From Octopus bimaculoides (Eukaryota), in the NCBI RefSeq assembly GCF_001194135.2, contig NC_068989.1:3788789-3852788 (forward strand): DNA of 64,000 bases, written 5' to 3'. The notes under the pieces were generated by a model that saw only the letters and a program-made list of their open reading frames with translations, had not been told where the DNA came from and did not search any database. The translations under genes and the position numbers were made by a program. This document shows positions 50,381-63,534 of the stretch, piece by piece. Positions within the stretch are counted from its first letter, which is position 1, and the number at the start of each line of letters is the position of its first letter.

Positions 50381-52195
50381 GATAAGTTTCTCTTGATAAC
50401 TAGAGTTATGGTTTAACATCTGCAGTAATCTTGTGGCACGTAAAAGATCTCCTTTTTGTTATTCATCTTGGGCCCAAAAGTTTGAGAAAATCTACGCACT
50501 GGAAGAGAAACGGGTTACCTGTTTAAATGCCTTGATAGAGGGTACTTGCCCACTAGAACCGAAAGTGAAAAAACGGAGCATATGCTATTTATTTTTGCAA
50601 AGGGTAAATTTGAAAAAGGTCAAGAAATAAAAGAAGAGGGGGGGATGAGACAGAGAAAAAGAAGAAGAAGAAGAAGAAGAAGAAGAAGAAGAAGAAGAAG
50701 AAGAAGAAGAAGAAGAAGGAGGAGGAGGAGGAGGAGAAAATAATAAGAGCAACAACACAGGATAAATGTCAAAATAGGTTAAACTATGAGTGATGAATTT
50801 ATTCAATAAATTATGTAAAAACTGTAAATAAACGGAGCATAAATTAATGAATATAGAAAACAATAGTAGCCAAAGATGAAAGAAGAGGTAAGTAGAAGAG
50901 GGCTAACAAATTAGAACTTTATTGGAACGATTTTATATACTTTAAATATAATTGATGAGAAACAAATTTATAAAGCATGAAGGCGCATGCCCACACACAC
51001 GAATACATATGTGTATAAACACCCTCGTACATACCCATCCACACACAGCCATCTACTTACTCAACCATCTACGCAGATATATAAAACCTGAATGTAAATG
51101 GAAATATATTTTTTCGTCTATGTTACGTACGTTTCAATGGAATGGACATTTATTTGGTTATTAATATACCACATCATAAATCAACATAACCAGATCACTT
51201 CAACAGCCATCTTTGGACAGTTGACATGTATATTGATAGTGAGAACCATTGGCATTCCTCCGGAATACCATTTTAGAAAGAATCGTATTGTACCAGGACC
51301 TTATAGATCTCTGCTATTTGATAAATAAATATGTTTATGTGTATGTATAATATTTGTATGCATTTGTAAGTGTCTGTCTGTGTGTGTAATTCTATATATA
51401 TGTATACGTATATATGAAACGGGAATAATACTTAAAAGATCATGAAGAATAATTTTACAAATAGTATCTTGTAAATATTATTAACACAAATAAATGAAAT
51501 ATAATTCTGGCGAGTTTACAAAAGTTACAAAAGGACGGAATAAANNNNNNNNNNNNNNNNNNNNNNNNNNNNNNNNNNNNNNNNNNNNNNNNNNNNNNNN
51601 NNNNNNNNNNNNNNNNNNNNNNNNNNNNNNNNNNNNNNNNNNNNNNNNNNNNNNNNNNNNNNNNNNNNNNNNNNNNNNNNNNNNNNNNNNNNNNNNNNNN
51701 NNNNNNNNNNNNNNNNNNNNNNNNNNNNNNNNNNNNNNNNNNNNNNNNNNNNNNNNNNNNNNNNNNNNNNNNNNNNNNNNNNNNNNNNNNNNNNNNNNNN
51801 NNNNNNNNNNNNNNNNNNNNNNNNNNNNNNNNNNNNNNNNNNNNNNNNNNNNNNNNNNNNNNNNNNNNNNNNNNNNNNNNNNNNNNNNNNNNNNNNNNNN
51901 NNNNNNNTATAAATATATATATATACACATATACTTACATATATATGTATGTCTATATACGCACATAAACACACACATATATACGTATGTGTACATATAA
52001 ATATTTATGTATACACACATATAGACAAACCGTTATAAATCAATAGATGAACAAAAGAGCAGATATACGCACTTCGTGCTTCTGTGAACTATATATGGGA
52101 ATGTAAATATGCCTGTTATAATGCCTCTTTATATACATACATGCCCACCCATATATATGTGCGTGTATATAAATGGATACATAAGCACACATGCT

Positions 52196-52289
<94 letters not shown>

Positions 52290-53570
52290 CATGTTTATGT
52301 GTTTGTGTGTATGCACACCTGAATGGAAGCGAAATAATGGCGGGTAGACGAGACACGTGATACCGAAGAAATTTTTCCAATGTAAAATGCGTTAACACTT
52401 TTAAGAAATTCATTGTGGGTAATATTAGACGTTGTATGTCGCAGAGATTCGTTTTTGCATGTATTTCTTTCTTATTCCACTACCGATGCTATACGTATAT
52501 GTGTCTCATGTTCATTTCTTAATGCCATTAATTCATTTATTTAAAGATTGATTAAACGTATGTTTTGTTTTATTTTTTAACAATTTATTTCATGTCACAT
52601 TTTTTTTTAATTGTTCGCCTTCGTTTCTTTCCATTGTTCACGTGAATCTATTCTCTTTGCTCCAAAAATCAGATGTCTCCTCAGCTTCCTGTTAAGTTGC
52701 AACGAAAGAAGCCAGTCAGTTTGATTGGCTGAAAAACTCTGTTACTACAATTCTAAATTCTCAACAACCATTCACCGCCATTGTATCGTCTGCTTCTATC
52801 AATAGTCTTATTATCTCGTTTATGACATTGTATTATTATTTATGTGATTGTTGTTGACTTGAAGGCTTTGTTTTATACTTCTAATTTCATTTCTTTTTTA
52901 TTTATCTTTCCCCAAAATTTTCTGTTTCAAAAATATCACTTAGAACTTGCTGAAACTCTTAACTGTTTTCTTTTCTGAGCAATGAATGCATCACATTACA
53001 GTGAATATTTTCTTTTATTTAGATTTGTGTTTGTTATCTTAGTTTGTTATTTTCAGTTTCTGCTTAACATTATTTCTTCTTCCTTAACCACCATTTTCGA
53101 TTTCTTGTTGTTTTTATTCGTTGCCATTATATTTTCTAGTTTCTATTCACATCTTATTTCTAAGCGTTCATTCATGTTTCTTCTTCTTTCTTCATACCTC
53201 TTTTCCATTATACCTCATTCGAGAAATACCTATCACTTATTCCTCGGCTTACACTTTCTCTTACTATAGCAAGAAGACTTTTACAATTTTAGTCAGAATA
53301 AAAGAAGAAAAACTGAAAAATACCAATAAATTTCCAACGATTTCGTTATTTCTTCTACTCCTTTTACCACCTCGCCGCCGCCGCCGCCGCCGCCGCCTCC
53401 ACCACCACCACCACCACCACCACTACTACTACTGCTGTTGCTGCTGTTTCTTTTATCTTCTGAGTTGTTACTTTAATGGGGAAACCAGAAGGTATTTTCC
53501 AAAAAACACATTAATTGCCGTTTACACGCACACAACAATCTCCTCCCCCTCCTCTTCCTCCTCTTCCACG

Positions 53571-53607
<37 letters not shown>

Positions 53608-53926
53608 GCTACTGCTGCTACTGCTGCTGCTGCTGCCGCTGCTGCCGCTACACACGAACACGCACAAATATGTGTGTGTGAGTGAGTGAGCGAGTGTGTG
53701 TATGTGTACGTAGATGTTGTTTATAGCGTGTGCGTGTATGTGGATCCTGAGTTTGTGTTTACTGATTCGGTGTCGCGTGTAGAACGTGCCTTGATCCTTT
53801 AGGTGTTTGTAGGTTTTCCAGCAATCCAACTGCGATGGAAATTAACGAATCTGTTGCGTTATGTAATCGAACAAAAGGTAGCTCTACTCATTTTTACCAG
53901 GTTTCAAACAACAGAGGAAGAGGGAG

Positions 53927-54006
<80 letters not shown>

Positions 54007-54374
54007 AGAGAGAGAGAGAGAGAGTGTATTCAAATTTGAAGCATGAAACCTTATTCCACGATTTCGCCATTTATATGAAGGAATGGGTTGTAAGTTATGT
54101 TGAGTTTGAATGAAGTCTGAGGTGACTTTAATTTTCAGCCTTCGGGTGCCAATTAAATGCAAAAGCTATCGTGTTCTGAGTTCGATTTTCATCATTCTTT
54201 CCTCCCAGGATATTTGTGGCCGTTTTATTATGTCAAACATCATCATAAACATTATGTGTTCTTTTCTGTTTTTACTGACAATGTATTCTTTTTGAAATAT
54301 ATGTAACAAAAAGGCTGAGTGCCAGACAAAATGTTTCGCGGGATCTCTTCGGAGAATACGAAGGTCTGAGGTCA

Positions 54375-54900
54375 AATGGCATCAGCGTTGGTTTTGCCTT
54401 TCATCATTCTGGTGTCGATAAAATACATGCCACATAAGGACTGGGGTCAATGTAATGGACTTTCCTCCTCCCCCGAAATTGTGCTAAAATGTGAAGCCAA
54501 AATTATTTGTAACAAAAAAAAGCGGCGAACAGGCAGAATCTTTAGCACGTCGATGAAAATGCTTAGCGGCATTTCGTCCGTCGTTACGTTCTGAGTTCAA
54601 ATTCCAGCGTGGTCAACTTTGCCTTTCATCCCTTCGAGATCGATAAAATAAGTATCAGTGAAACACTAGGGTCGATGTATACGATTTTACCTCTCCTCCG
54701 AAATTGCAGGCCTAGTCTCAAAATTTGAAAGCAATAGTATACGTAAGATAGATAGGACTGATGATTGTCAGAATGGTAACAACGTCGAACAAAACCTTTT
54801 GCATTATATAGTTATGGGCCTTTCTGTTCCAAGTTCAAATATTGCTAAACTTGATTTCAGCTATCGTTCTTCCAGGGTCGATAAAATCGAGGACCAATCT
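54375..54900 (+). mobile_element. Head-to-tail cluster of three family A SINE copies
   Basis: The GCCTTTCATC..CGATAAAAT domain recurs near 54395, 54625 and 54860; best copy is 54521-54735. Confidence 0.78.
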
Positions 54901-55265
54901 TAATCATAAACTACGAACTATTGTTTCCTCTCAGCTATATTGATTATACTGATAACCTGCTGATGGATACATTCGATTACCTAAAGGTCAAAAAATTGAT
55001 TCTATACATGTGCATTATAGCATGAGATGAATAAATAGGAATAAGAGAAAAAGACAGAAATGAGAACCTGTCAACCTTCAAATTACTATTGATTTTTTTC
55101 TTCTATTTTCTTCCATTTCCATCCAATGCAGTCGTCAACTTCAATTACGTTTCACATTTTTCTTTATTTCTCTCAGCCAAACCACCACGTCAAACATTTT
55201 ATCGGTCACTGGTATATTAGTTTGTTGACCTTCCAGAAGCAGCAGCCGGTTCCTTATCAAATAGT

Positions 55266-55671
55266 ATTGGTGTGGCTATGTGGCAAGAAGTTTGCGTTCC
55301 TACCACATTGCTTTCTTATCACGGGTTCAGTTCCACGAGATGGCACATTGAGCAAGTGTCTTCTGCTGTAGCCTTTGTCCAACCAAAGCCTTCTGGGTGA
55401 ATTTGGTTGACGGAAACTGAAAAGAACCCACTCGCATATATATGTGTGTGTGTGTGCATGTGTGTGTTTGTCCTTTACCACCTCTTGACAACCGGTGTTG
55501 GTGTGTTTATGTTACGGCAACTTAGCAGTTCGGAAAAAAACAACAACAATAGAATAGGTACCAGGATTTAAAATGTAAAAATCTGGGTTCGATTCATTCG
55601 ACACAAAACTCTTCAAGGCGGTGCCCCAGCATGGCCACAGTCAACTGGCTGAAACAAGTAAAAGATAAAAC
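55266..55671 (+). mobile_element. SINE family B, full length
   Basis: Head, internal (GT)n and the 3' end CTTCAAGGCGGTGCCCCAGCATGGCCACAGTC...GAAACAAGTAAAAGATAAAA are all present. Confidence 0.87.
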
Positions 55672-55957
55672 ATAAATGATATCTTTTAAAATAGGATGAA
55701 CGCGTTGGATATCATAAGTTTAGAGATGATATATCCTGTGAAAATGTATCGCGATGGCCCTGGTGGGGTGTCTTGATCATAGGTACACACGAACAGAGCT
55801 GATCTAAAGCTAAACAAGTTCTACTGTTCTAAGGCAATCATTAGACGTAAGATGTTGACGACTTAAGGATTCAGAAACTTCGAGAGAGTGTGAAATAATT
55901 CTTTTTTTGTAACGGTGAAACTCGAAGCAGATACAACTATAGATATTTACATGCTAT

Positions 55958-56063
55958 AAGGCGGCGGGTGAAATACTTAGCTGCATTTCGTCCATCCTTA
56001 CGTTCGGAGTTCAAATTCGGTCGAGGTCTGGAATGCTGATCTTCTGCCAAAATTTGAAAGCAA
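55958..56063 (+). mobile_element. SINE family A, internally deleted
   Basis: AAGGCGGCGGGTGAAATACTTAGCTGCATTTCGTCC...GGAGTTCAAATTCGG...GCCAAAATTTGAAAGCAAT. Confidence 0.7.
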
Positions 56064-57454
56064 TATTTCCATGCTATCATTTATAGCTGCATCTTCGAGT
56101 TTCACTTCTCCAGAAAAGAATTCTGTGTAAAAATATTTGCAGAAAATATATCATTGAAGAAGTAATCATTACCTAGCGTTGGCATTTAATAAGATATTGT
56201 TTTTCTGAAGTCAATGACTGGCGTTTGCCAGTTGGTGTGTTTCGTGGTGGTTAGCATAATTTTAACTTTATATGAACATGTTTATGATTCAACGCATTTC
56301 CCACTATGATCATTCTTCTTATTTCTTTTTCAGACACATAGTATTTAGGAACACACTATGTAATGTATGCGTCTGTTCACTTTTTAATGGAAGTATGATT
56401 TGAAGACATCTATGACTTGTGTATCACCTGATGGCTAGTATGAAAGAGACAAGCCAAAGGACAATTTGTAGCTGGCATTTCAAGACAACTTGAAGACAGA
56501 CAAAACAACGAATGAATAAATGGATGCACTAGTGAAGCAGCCGGTGGAACCCGGTACAGAAAGCTGCTGAGCAGTGCAGGATGACCTGCATCTAAAGCCT
56601 GAAATGATTTGAAAATATCGCTGTTATTTCTAGCAGCTCGAGAGATCAAAGATAACCATAGGTATTATAAATATTTTAAAAAGAATAAAAGGGCTGCTAC
56701 AATTATTTCTGTGATTCCGTCAGCAGAACGTCGAAGAGAAAAGTTATCTTCTAAATAGTGACCTGACCCTAAAACTGGCGGCAGAATAGAATCTGCCAAG
56801 TAGCATCAAAGGGGCAGCTGCGGTATTAAACCGGGAGACGTATTAACTAATGCACGCGTAGTGAGATCGAACCTGAAAGCACGAAGTGCCGAAGCATGAA
56901 GAATTTTATCTGCTCGTCTGTATACGGCGCTAAATACCTAAACCTTTCAGGCAAAGATAATCCAAGAAATGTCACTACTAGGTTGTATTTGCATTTAACG
57001 AATGAATATTGGTTTGAAACCATCCATGTGTACAATGACGTTGTCTAATACTAAAAAAGATAATGCCTTATTTAGTATCACATTTAACAATCCTGTACAT
57101 TTACTTAGCGGTCATCTGCCTACAGACGACAGCAAGTATTGTAAAAATTAATCCTAAGGGATTATGTGTATTCAAGCAAGAAATTTGTCTGAATTGACGA
57201 AAAATAACATTAATCTTGACTGACATTGCTTTGCTACACTGCGTTATCACTCGTGCTTTGTTTATTAAGCATCTTCACACATAATAAGTTAGTATTAACT
57301 TAATTATCAGCGATAGTTAATATTTTGATCCATTTCCAGAAGAATAAAACTGAACACTGCAAGCCAAGAAACATTTGTCACTGCACAGCAAAACTTGTAT
57401 CACTGACAGTAGTTATGTAGTATTAGGTGGAGTAATCCATTATAACGGACAATT

Positions 57455-57758
57455 CGTCAGTTATGACCATGGCCGTTCCAGCAGATCCAGCTTGCTCGTA
57501 AAGTTAAGGCGCAAGTGGCCGAGCACTCCACAGACACATGTACCTTTAAAGTTTTTCTCGGGGATATTGAGCGCTTGACAGAGAATGCGGCAAGACTGAC
57601 CATTTGAATTACAAGTACCACTCATTTTTGCCGGATGAGAAGATTGGAGTGACTTGAAAGAAATTGCCTTGCTCAGGAACGCAACGCGCTGCAGAGAATC
57701 GAACTCATGACCTCACAATCGTGAGTCAGTTACTCTAAACACTAAGTCACACGGCTTC
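57455..57758 (-). mobile_element. SINE family C, degraded full length
   Basis: Minus strand GTGTGACTTAGTGTTTAGAG...GAGTTCGATTCTC...GGCAAAAATGAGTGGTAC...GTGTCTGTGGAGTGCTCGGCCACTTGC. Confidence 0.8.
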
Positions 57759-58373
57759 ACGGATTATCCCATTAAAAACAAGACCAGTACTTTGGCAGGA
57801 AATGAACCACTGACATCCATCTCCACCATTTGGGAAATCAGTGTTCATTTGGTACGTGATGGACTTGTCTGCCTGCAGTTCTCTGGAATTAACAGCAAAA
57901 GGAATACAGTCTGTGGATTTCGGTTCATTCCATGAAGTGAACCAAGACTGCATCTGTCAAAAGGTTAATATTGTAATTACGTATCTTTCCTATAATCGAC
58001 TTATAATGATAAATGAATTTCCTACTGATAAAGAGTGAATGACTTGTATACAAAGCTCTCTAAATTGGTCACCTACTTGGATATTATTCAATTATAATAT
58101 TGATTCTTGCTATTTCAATGGAAAGATTCTCATCAATTGAGAGTATTTCCATCGCCATAATTACCATCAAACACATTATCACTGTGACCCACTAAAATTG
58201 AAAATAAAACAACGAAAACAAATATAGTAGTTACAACAAACATAACAACAATTGTAATGACAATAAGAGAAGCACCAACTTCAGAAACAACACAATAATA
58301 ACAATTACAATAAAAGTACATTCGACTATTCTCAGTGCCAAAGCACTATCACTATTGCTACTACTGCTACTAT

Positions 58374-58490
58374 TGCAACCGTTTACCTCTCAGCCAAATC
58401 GAGGTATTCCTTAACGTATTCGTCGAGGGGCGTAAGCCCTGATATTTCCAGTGTGGCCAGCTGGGCCATATAAAATAAAAAAAAAACACT
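58374..58490 (+). mobile_element. Possible poly(A)-tailed LINE 3' terminus
   Basis: GC-richer segment ending CCAGTGTGGCCAGCTGGGCCATATAAAATAAAAAAAAA; assignment is from memory only. Confidence 0.3.
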
Positions 58491-58537
58491 GTACAGACGG
58501 CGAGGAAGAATCCGATGGTGAGGAGGAGGAGGAGGAG

Positions 58538-58590
<53 letters not shown>

Positions 58591-58939
58591 GAAGAAAAGA
58601 AAGCAACAANNNNNNNNNNCAACAAGAGAAAAATGGAAAGCTCAAATCAACAAAAACAGGTCGAACTAAGACCTCCCCCCCAAAAAAAAGAAAAAACTGC
58701 GAAAAGAGACAAACCCCAAATAGTAAGACAGAGGGATAGGCGGGTTATACAGCACAAATGAAGATTTAACGAGAGAAATAAAATCGAAAAAATCAACCAC
58801 TAGGAATGCAGAACGTTCTGATAAATATAAGAACTACGAGTTCTACGAAATGGATAAAAAGGCTCATAATGTATTACTTAACACGTATAGAAAGTCGGTG
58901 TCGATGATGAGATTGAATTTTAATCAAGCCATTTTTCAG

Positions 58940-59012
58940 GACTTGCCACCTCCGACCCTATATCAAGAAAAGGAGGAGAGTCCCTCTCCACAGGACATCC
59001 CGGATTAAACAT
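58940..59012 (+). other. Candidate 73-nt spliced exon of an unidentified gene
   Basis: TTTTTCAG acceptor and GTAAGT donor; two of three frames are open; GC above background; no recognisable protein. Confidence 0.25.
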
Positions 59013-59403
59013 GTAAGTAATGTCTATTCACATTGGTCGTGGCCTGATGTCTAGCTGGAAGCAAGGGCGCTTCCTAAATGACATCAGGTCACCACCGCCA
59101 TCCTCTAGCACCTCCTCCTATTCCTTCTCGTATCATCGCCATCGTCACCACCATTATCACTACCCCCGCCTCACTGCCATCCCGCAATAACAAAAACAAA
59201 CCCGGTGGAACCAAAACTTCACTGCTTCCAGCGTCACATTGCTAAACTTCCAAAGGCATCACTACATCTAAATCCTCACGAGAATAAAGATGGAAAACCT
59301 GACTCATCACTAATGATCGACTGGAGTACGCTTATGGTGTCAATCGTCCGTGAGCTCTGCTAGAAAATGCAGCCAAACACCTTAAGCAAAATATGCTCTT
59401 AGA

Positions 59404-60185
59404 TATTGGTTCCAAATCTTGGCGCCAGGTCAGCAGGTTTCGGGGAGGGGGCAAGTCGATTACATCGACCCCCAATGACTAACTGGTACTTATTTTATAG
59501 ACATCGAAAGGATGAAAGGCAAAATGGATGTCGGCGGCAGTTAAACTAACACCATAAAGCCGTAAGAAATGCTGCTAAGCATTTTGTCCGACGCATTAAC
59601 GATTCTGCCAGATCGCCACTTTACTTACCGCCTCAATAATGGTTTGAAATTTTAGTAGAGGAGCCACAAGTTTAGGGTTGGGATAAGTCAATTACATCGA
59701 TCCCAGAGCTTAACTGGAGCCTATTTTATCGATCCTGAAAAGCAAAGATCATCACAGCGAAATTTGAACTCAGAACGTATAGGCGGACGAAATGTTGATA
59801 AGCGTTTCGTCCGGTGCGTTAACGATTCTGCTAATTCGCCGTCTTATTGAACACCTTAATAATCCTTTATACAATTAAAACAAAGGCCAAAATTTTGTAG
59901 GAGGGGATCAGTCGATAACATCAGCTCCAGTCCTCAAATGTTACTTATTTTATCAACTGCTATAAGATGAATGGGAAAGTCGACGGAGTAGGGATTTGAA
60001 CTCAGAACATAAAGACAGACGAAATACCGCTAAGCATTTCGCTCGGCGTGCTAACGATTCTGCCAGCTCGCTGCCTTTGTAGATATCGTTTTCTACTCTA
60101 GGCACAAGGCCCGAATTTTTTAAGGACAGAATACGACAAACTAATTTGCCTGGCATATTAACGATGCTGCGAGCTCGCTGACTTA
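59404..60185 (-). mobile_element. Head-to-tail array of three family A SINEs plus fragments
   Basis: Copies at about 59404-59620, 59634-59845 and 59858-60076, plus tail and head fragments at 60085-60185, all on the minus strand. Confidence 0.85.
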
Positions 60186-60567
60186 GTAATAGCAACGTTA
60201 ATAGATTGTCTGTATCACCTCCATCAACTTTACACCATCACCACCACCATAACTCGACTAATAACAATTATTTATCAACAGGAACAATTTATTTCAAGAA
60301 CGCTAAAACGTCAACCACAACCAACCGTACCATCACCATTGCAAACATCAGCGCCACCACAACCACTAACGTGATTATCATCGCCAACTAAAGCAACAAC
60401 AACATCAACACTAATCCCAACTACACCGAGGTAATACAACTTAAATCCTCATTTAAATCCTATTTCTGACACTTCGGCTTAAAGTTGAAGAAATGCATTA
60501 TCAACGTGATAAGATTTAGAATATATGTCTTGTGTGAGTTGCAGACACAAACTATGGAAGCTATATA

Positions 60568-61078
60568 TTCTTTTCTACTCTAGGCACAACGCCCGAAATT
60601 TTGGGAGAGAGAGCCAGTCGATTAGTTGACTCCAGTACACAATTGACACTTAATGTATCGACTCCGAAAGGATGAAAGGTGAAGTCGACCTCGGTGGTAT
60701 TTGAATTCAGAACGTAAAGATAGACGAAATACCTATTTCTTTACTGCCCACAAGGGGCTACACACAGAGGGGACAAACAAGGACAGACAAACGGATTAAG
60801 TCGATTATATCGACCCCAGTGCGTAACTGGTACTTAATTTATCAACTCCGAATTTGAACGTGCTAACGTTTTTATTTCTTTATTGCCCACAAGAGGGGAT
60901 AAACATAGAGGGGATAAAAAAGGACAGACAAAGGGATTAAGTCGATTACATCGACCCCAGTGCGTAATTGGTACTTAATTTATCGACCTCGAGAGGATGA
61001 AAGACAAAGTCGACCTCAGCGGAATTTGAACTCAGAACGTAACGGCAGACGAAACACCACTAAGCGCGCTGCCTTACA
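60568..61078 (-). mobile_element. Trimeric family A SINE concatemer within one 14-bp TSD
   Basis: ATGGAAGCTATATA at 60554-60567 and 61079-61092; units 60872-61078 (tail 1), 60734-60871 (tail 1) and 60568-60733 (tail 2). Confidence 0.88.
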
Positions 61079-61460
61079 ATGGAAGCTATATAACAATTAA
61101 TATCATCCAAGTTACTGCCCTTCTTTCATATATTCTGCCATATTGTCTCTCACACATTTATGCGAAATTGTCACACTAATGACTTTCATTTCATATAGTG
61201 TGGTGCAATGCATGCGGAATAATATCTTTGTAAATCTGTAAACCCATCAGTTGCATCTTCAGACCTGAAGTGCAGCAATAGTTTCCGACAACTACACAAC
61301 TCTAAGTCATCAGATGTCGTTAGTGCTGAGAAGGGCGGCTACACCAAAGTGCCACCTTAAACATCGTGGCCTGACGAAACTTGTAACGCCAGAGATTTCG
61401 CCGGCGGTACAAGTGCACTAAATATACGCAGAGATAACACACACACACTAACTCTTTCTT

Positions 61461-61504
<44 letters not shown>

Positions 61505-62193
61505 TCTCTCCCTCTCTCTCTCTCTCCATCTCTCTCCATCTCTCTTTCTTCCTCATATTTATATATGAGAAATAGCTCTAAGTTAAAATCAATACATACA
61601 TATGCCATACATTTTCCTTGGACATAAATCATTGCTTTTAGTATACGTACACACACACACACACATATACATATATAAATCTGCAGATACATATATGTGT
61701 ATGTATATGTATATTTGCGAATAAACGTACACACACGCACGCACGCGCACACACACACACTCATATTTTATAAAAGGATTTCTGGTATCATGATCGCAGG
61801 TAGAAACTTAGACAAAGATATATGGAAATCGATTCAAGAAAGTAATGTCATATCAAATATGTGTTTATCTTCGAAATTTAATGATGAAAACAATATTTTC
61901 GAAAGGGCATGTTTTGATAGCAGTTGGAATCAATTATTCTAAATATATCGAAAATATTTATCTATACACAGAAGATTGGCAAACGGCAGGATAAAAGATA
62001 AATGTATACATAAATACATGCATACATATATACATACATACAAACAAAATTAATCTGTTGTTGATGTTGAAATTCCAATGAAGGAGCCTTGGATCTAGGT
62101 TAGAAACCGGTTCTTTCTCTATTGGTAAGAAATCTTGAAATAAAACTGAACAATGACTTACATATATGCAGAAGTAAATGTATATGTATACAG

Positions 62194-62231
<38 letters not shown>

Positions 62232-62257
62232 TTATATATATATATATATATATACAT

Positions 62258-62482
62258 AAAATTTCGGCGTTGTGCCTAGAATAGAAAAAAAAATCGTTAG
62301 CCCGCCGGGCAAAATGTTTAGCCGTATTTCGTCTGCCGTTACGTTCAGAGTTCAAATTCCGCCGAGGTCGACTTTGCCTTTCATCCTTTCGGGGTCGATA
62401 CGCACTGGTGTCGATGTAATCGATTTAATCCCTTTGTCCTTGTTTGTGCCCTCCGCTATGTTTACCCTACTGTGGGCAATTA
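62258..62482 (+). mobile_element. SINE family A composite: tail-2 remnant joined to a head-truncated tail-1 copy
   Basis: AAATTTCGGCGTTGTGCCTAGAATAGAAAAAAAA|ATCGTTAGCCCGCCGGGC...GCCTTTCATCCTTTCGGGGTCGAT...GTGGGCAAT. Confidence 0.85.
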
Positions 62483-63124
62483 ACAACTAAATATACAAGT
62501 TACTAGAACTGTGTTTAATTTGTAAATAAATATTTAAATATATTTATATCAATTCCAGTTCAGCGTTTATCAGTCAATTTAAGCAACGGCCTGAATGACC
62601 TCAAGGCATCCTTGATTCACCCTCGACCGAATACTGCCTCTGTTCACGCTACATTTTCTCTCATTCTTAAGCGAACCTCAACTTATAACGATCCGTCGGT
62701 TGAAATTTATACCTAATCAATAATTTGAACTTTAAGCTATTTTATTATGTTCTCTGGCACAAATAAAATAGAAATTCTTTCCATTGTAATTTCTTACGAA
62801 ACCGTAAATCACTAAACGCATGCTCGGTCGTTTGATGACACTGGCTCATTGTTATCATGTGTAAATACAAACGTGCAAATTTCTTCAGTGGGTGGGGGTG
62901 GGGGTATTAGTCGAAAGTTGAAGTCCCATTCAACTCTCTAAATTTACATATGTGGAAATGTGTGTTCGTATTTATATGGTACATACATCTACGTTGTTAA
63001 TGGAGAAGTATAAATAATGTAATTTAAACTATAGCATTAGGAAAAGAGTCGGCAGCAAAATAACCATAAAATACTAATAAGATGTAATCACAAACATGAA
63101 AGAGGAAAAATTGCAGCAATTAAA

Positions 63125-63160
<36 letters not shown>

Positions 63161-63448
63161 AGACACACGCACTCACAGACGCGCGCGCGCCCACACACAC
63201 AGTATCTACACCAGTATGTGTATGTGAGTATGTGTGTGTATATGTATATATATATATATATACATACATACAGAGAGGAGACACACATACGCATATATTT
63301 ACATATATATATATATTTGTATGTATATACATACAAATACACACACACACACATACGCGCGCGCAAGCAAAAGTTGTAATCACGAACATGAAAGACAAAA
63401 GGTGTCAGCAATTTATATATTTGTATATATATATATATATATATATAC

Positions 63449-63515
<67 letters not shown>

Positions 63516-63534
63516 CATGTGTGTGTGTATATGT

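Noticed and set aside
57760-57960. ORFs 57747-57953 and 57841-58038 as a host exon or CR1 fragment
   Set aside because: No recognisable domain and only vague CR1-like similarity.
61285-61325. Minus-strand CTGATGA...GAAAC as a hammerhead
   Set aside because: No stem II or stem I pairing could be formed.
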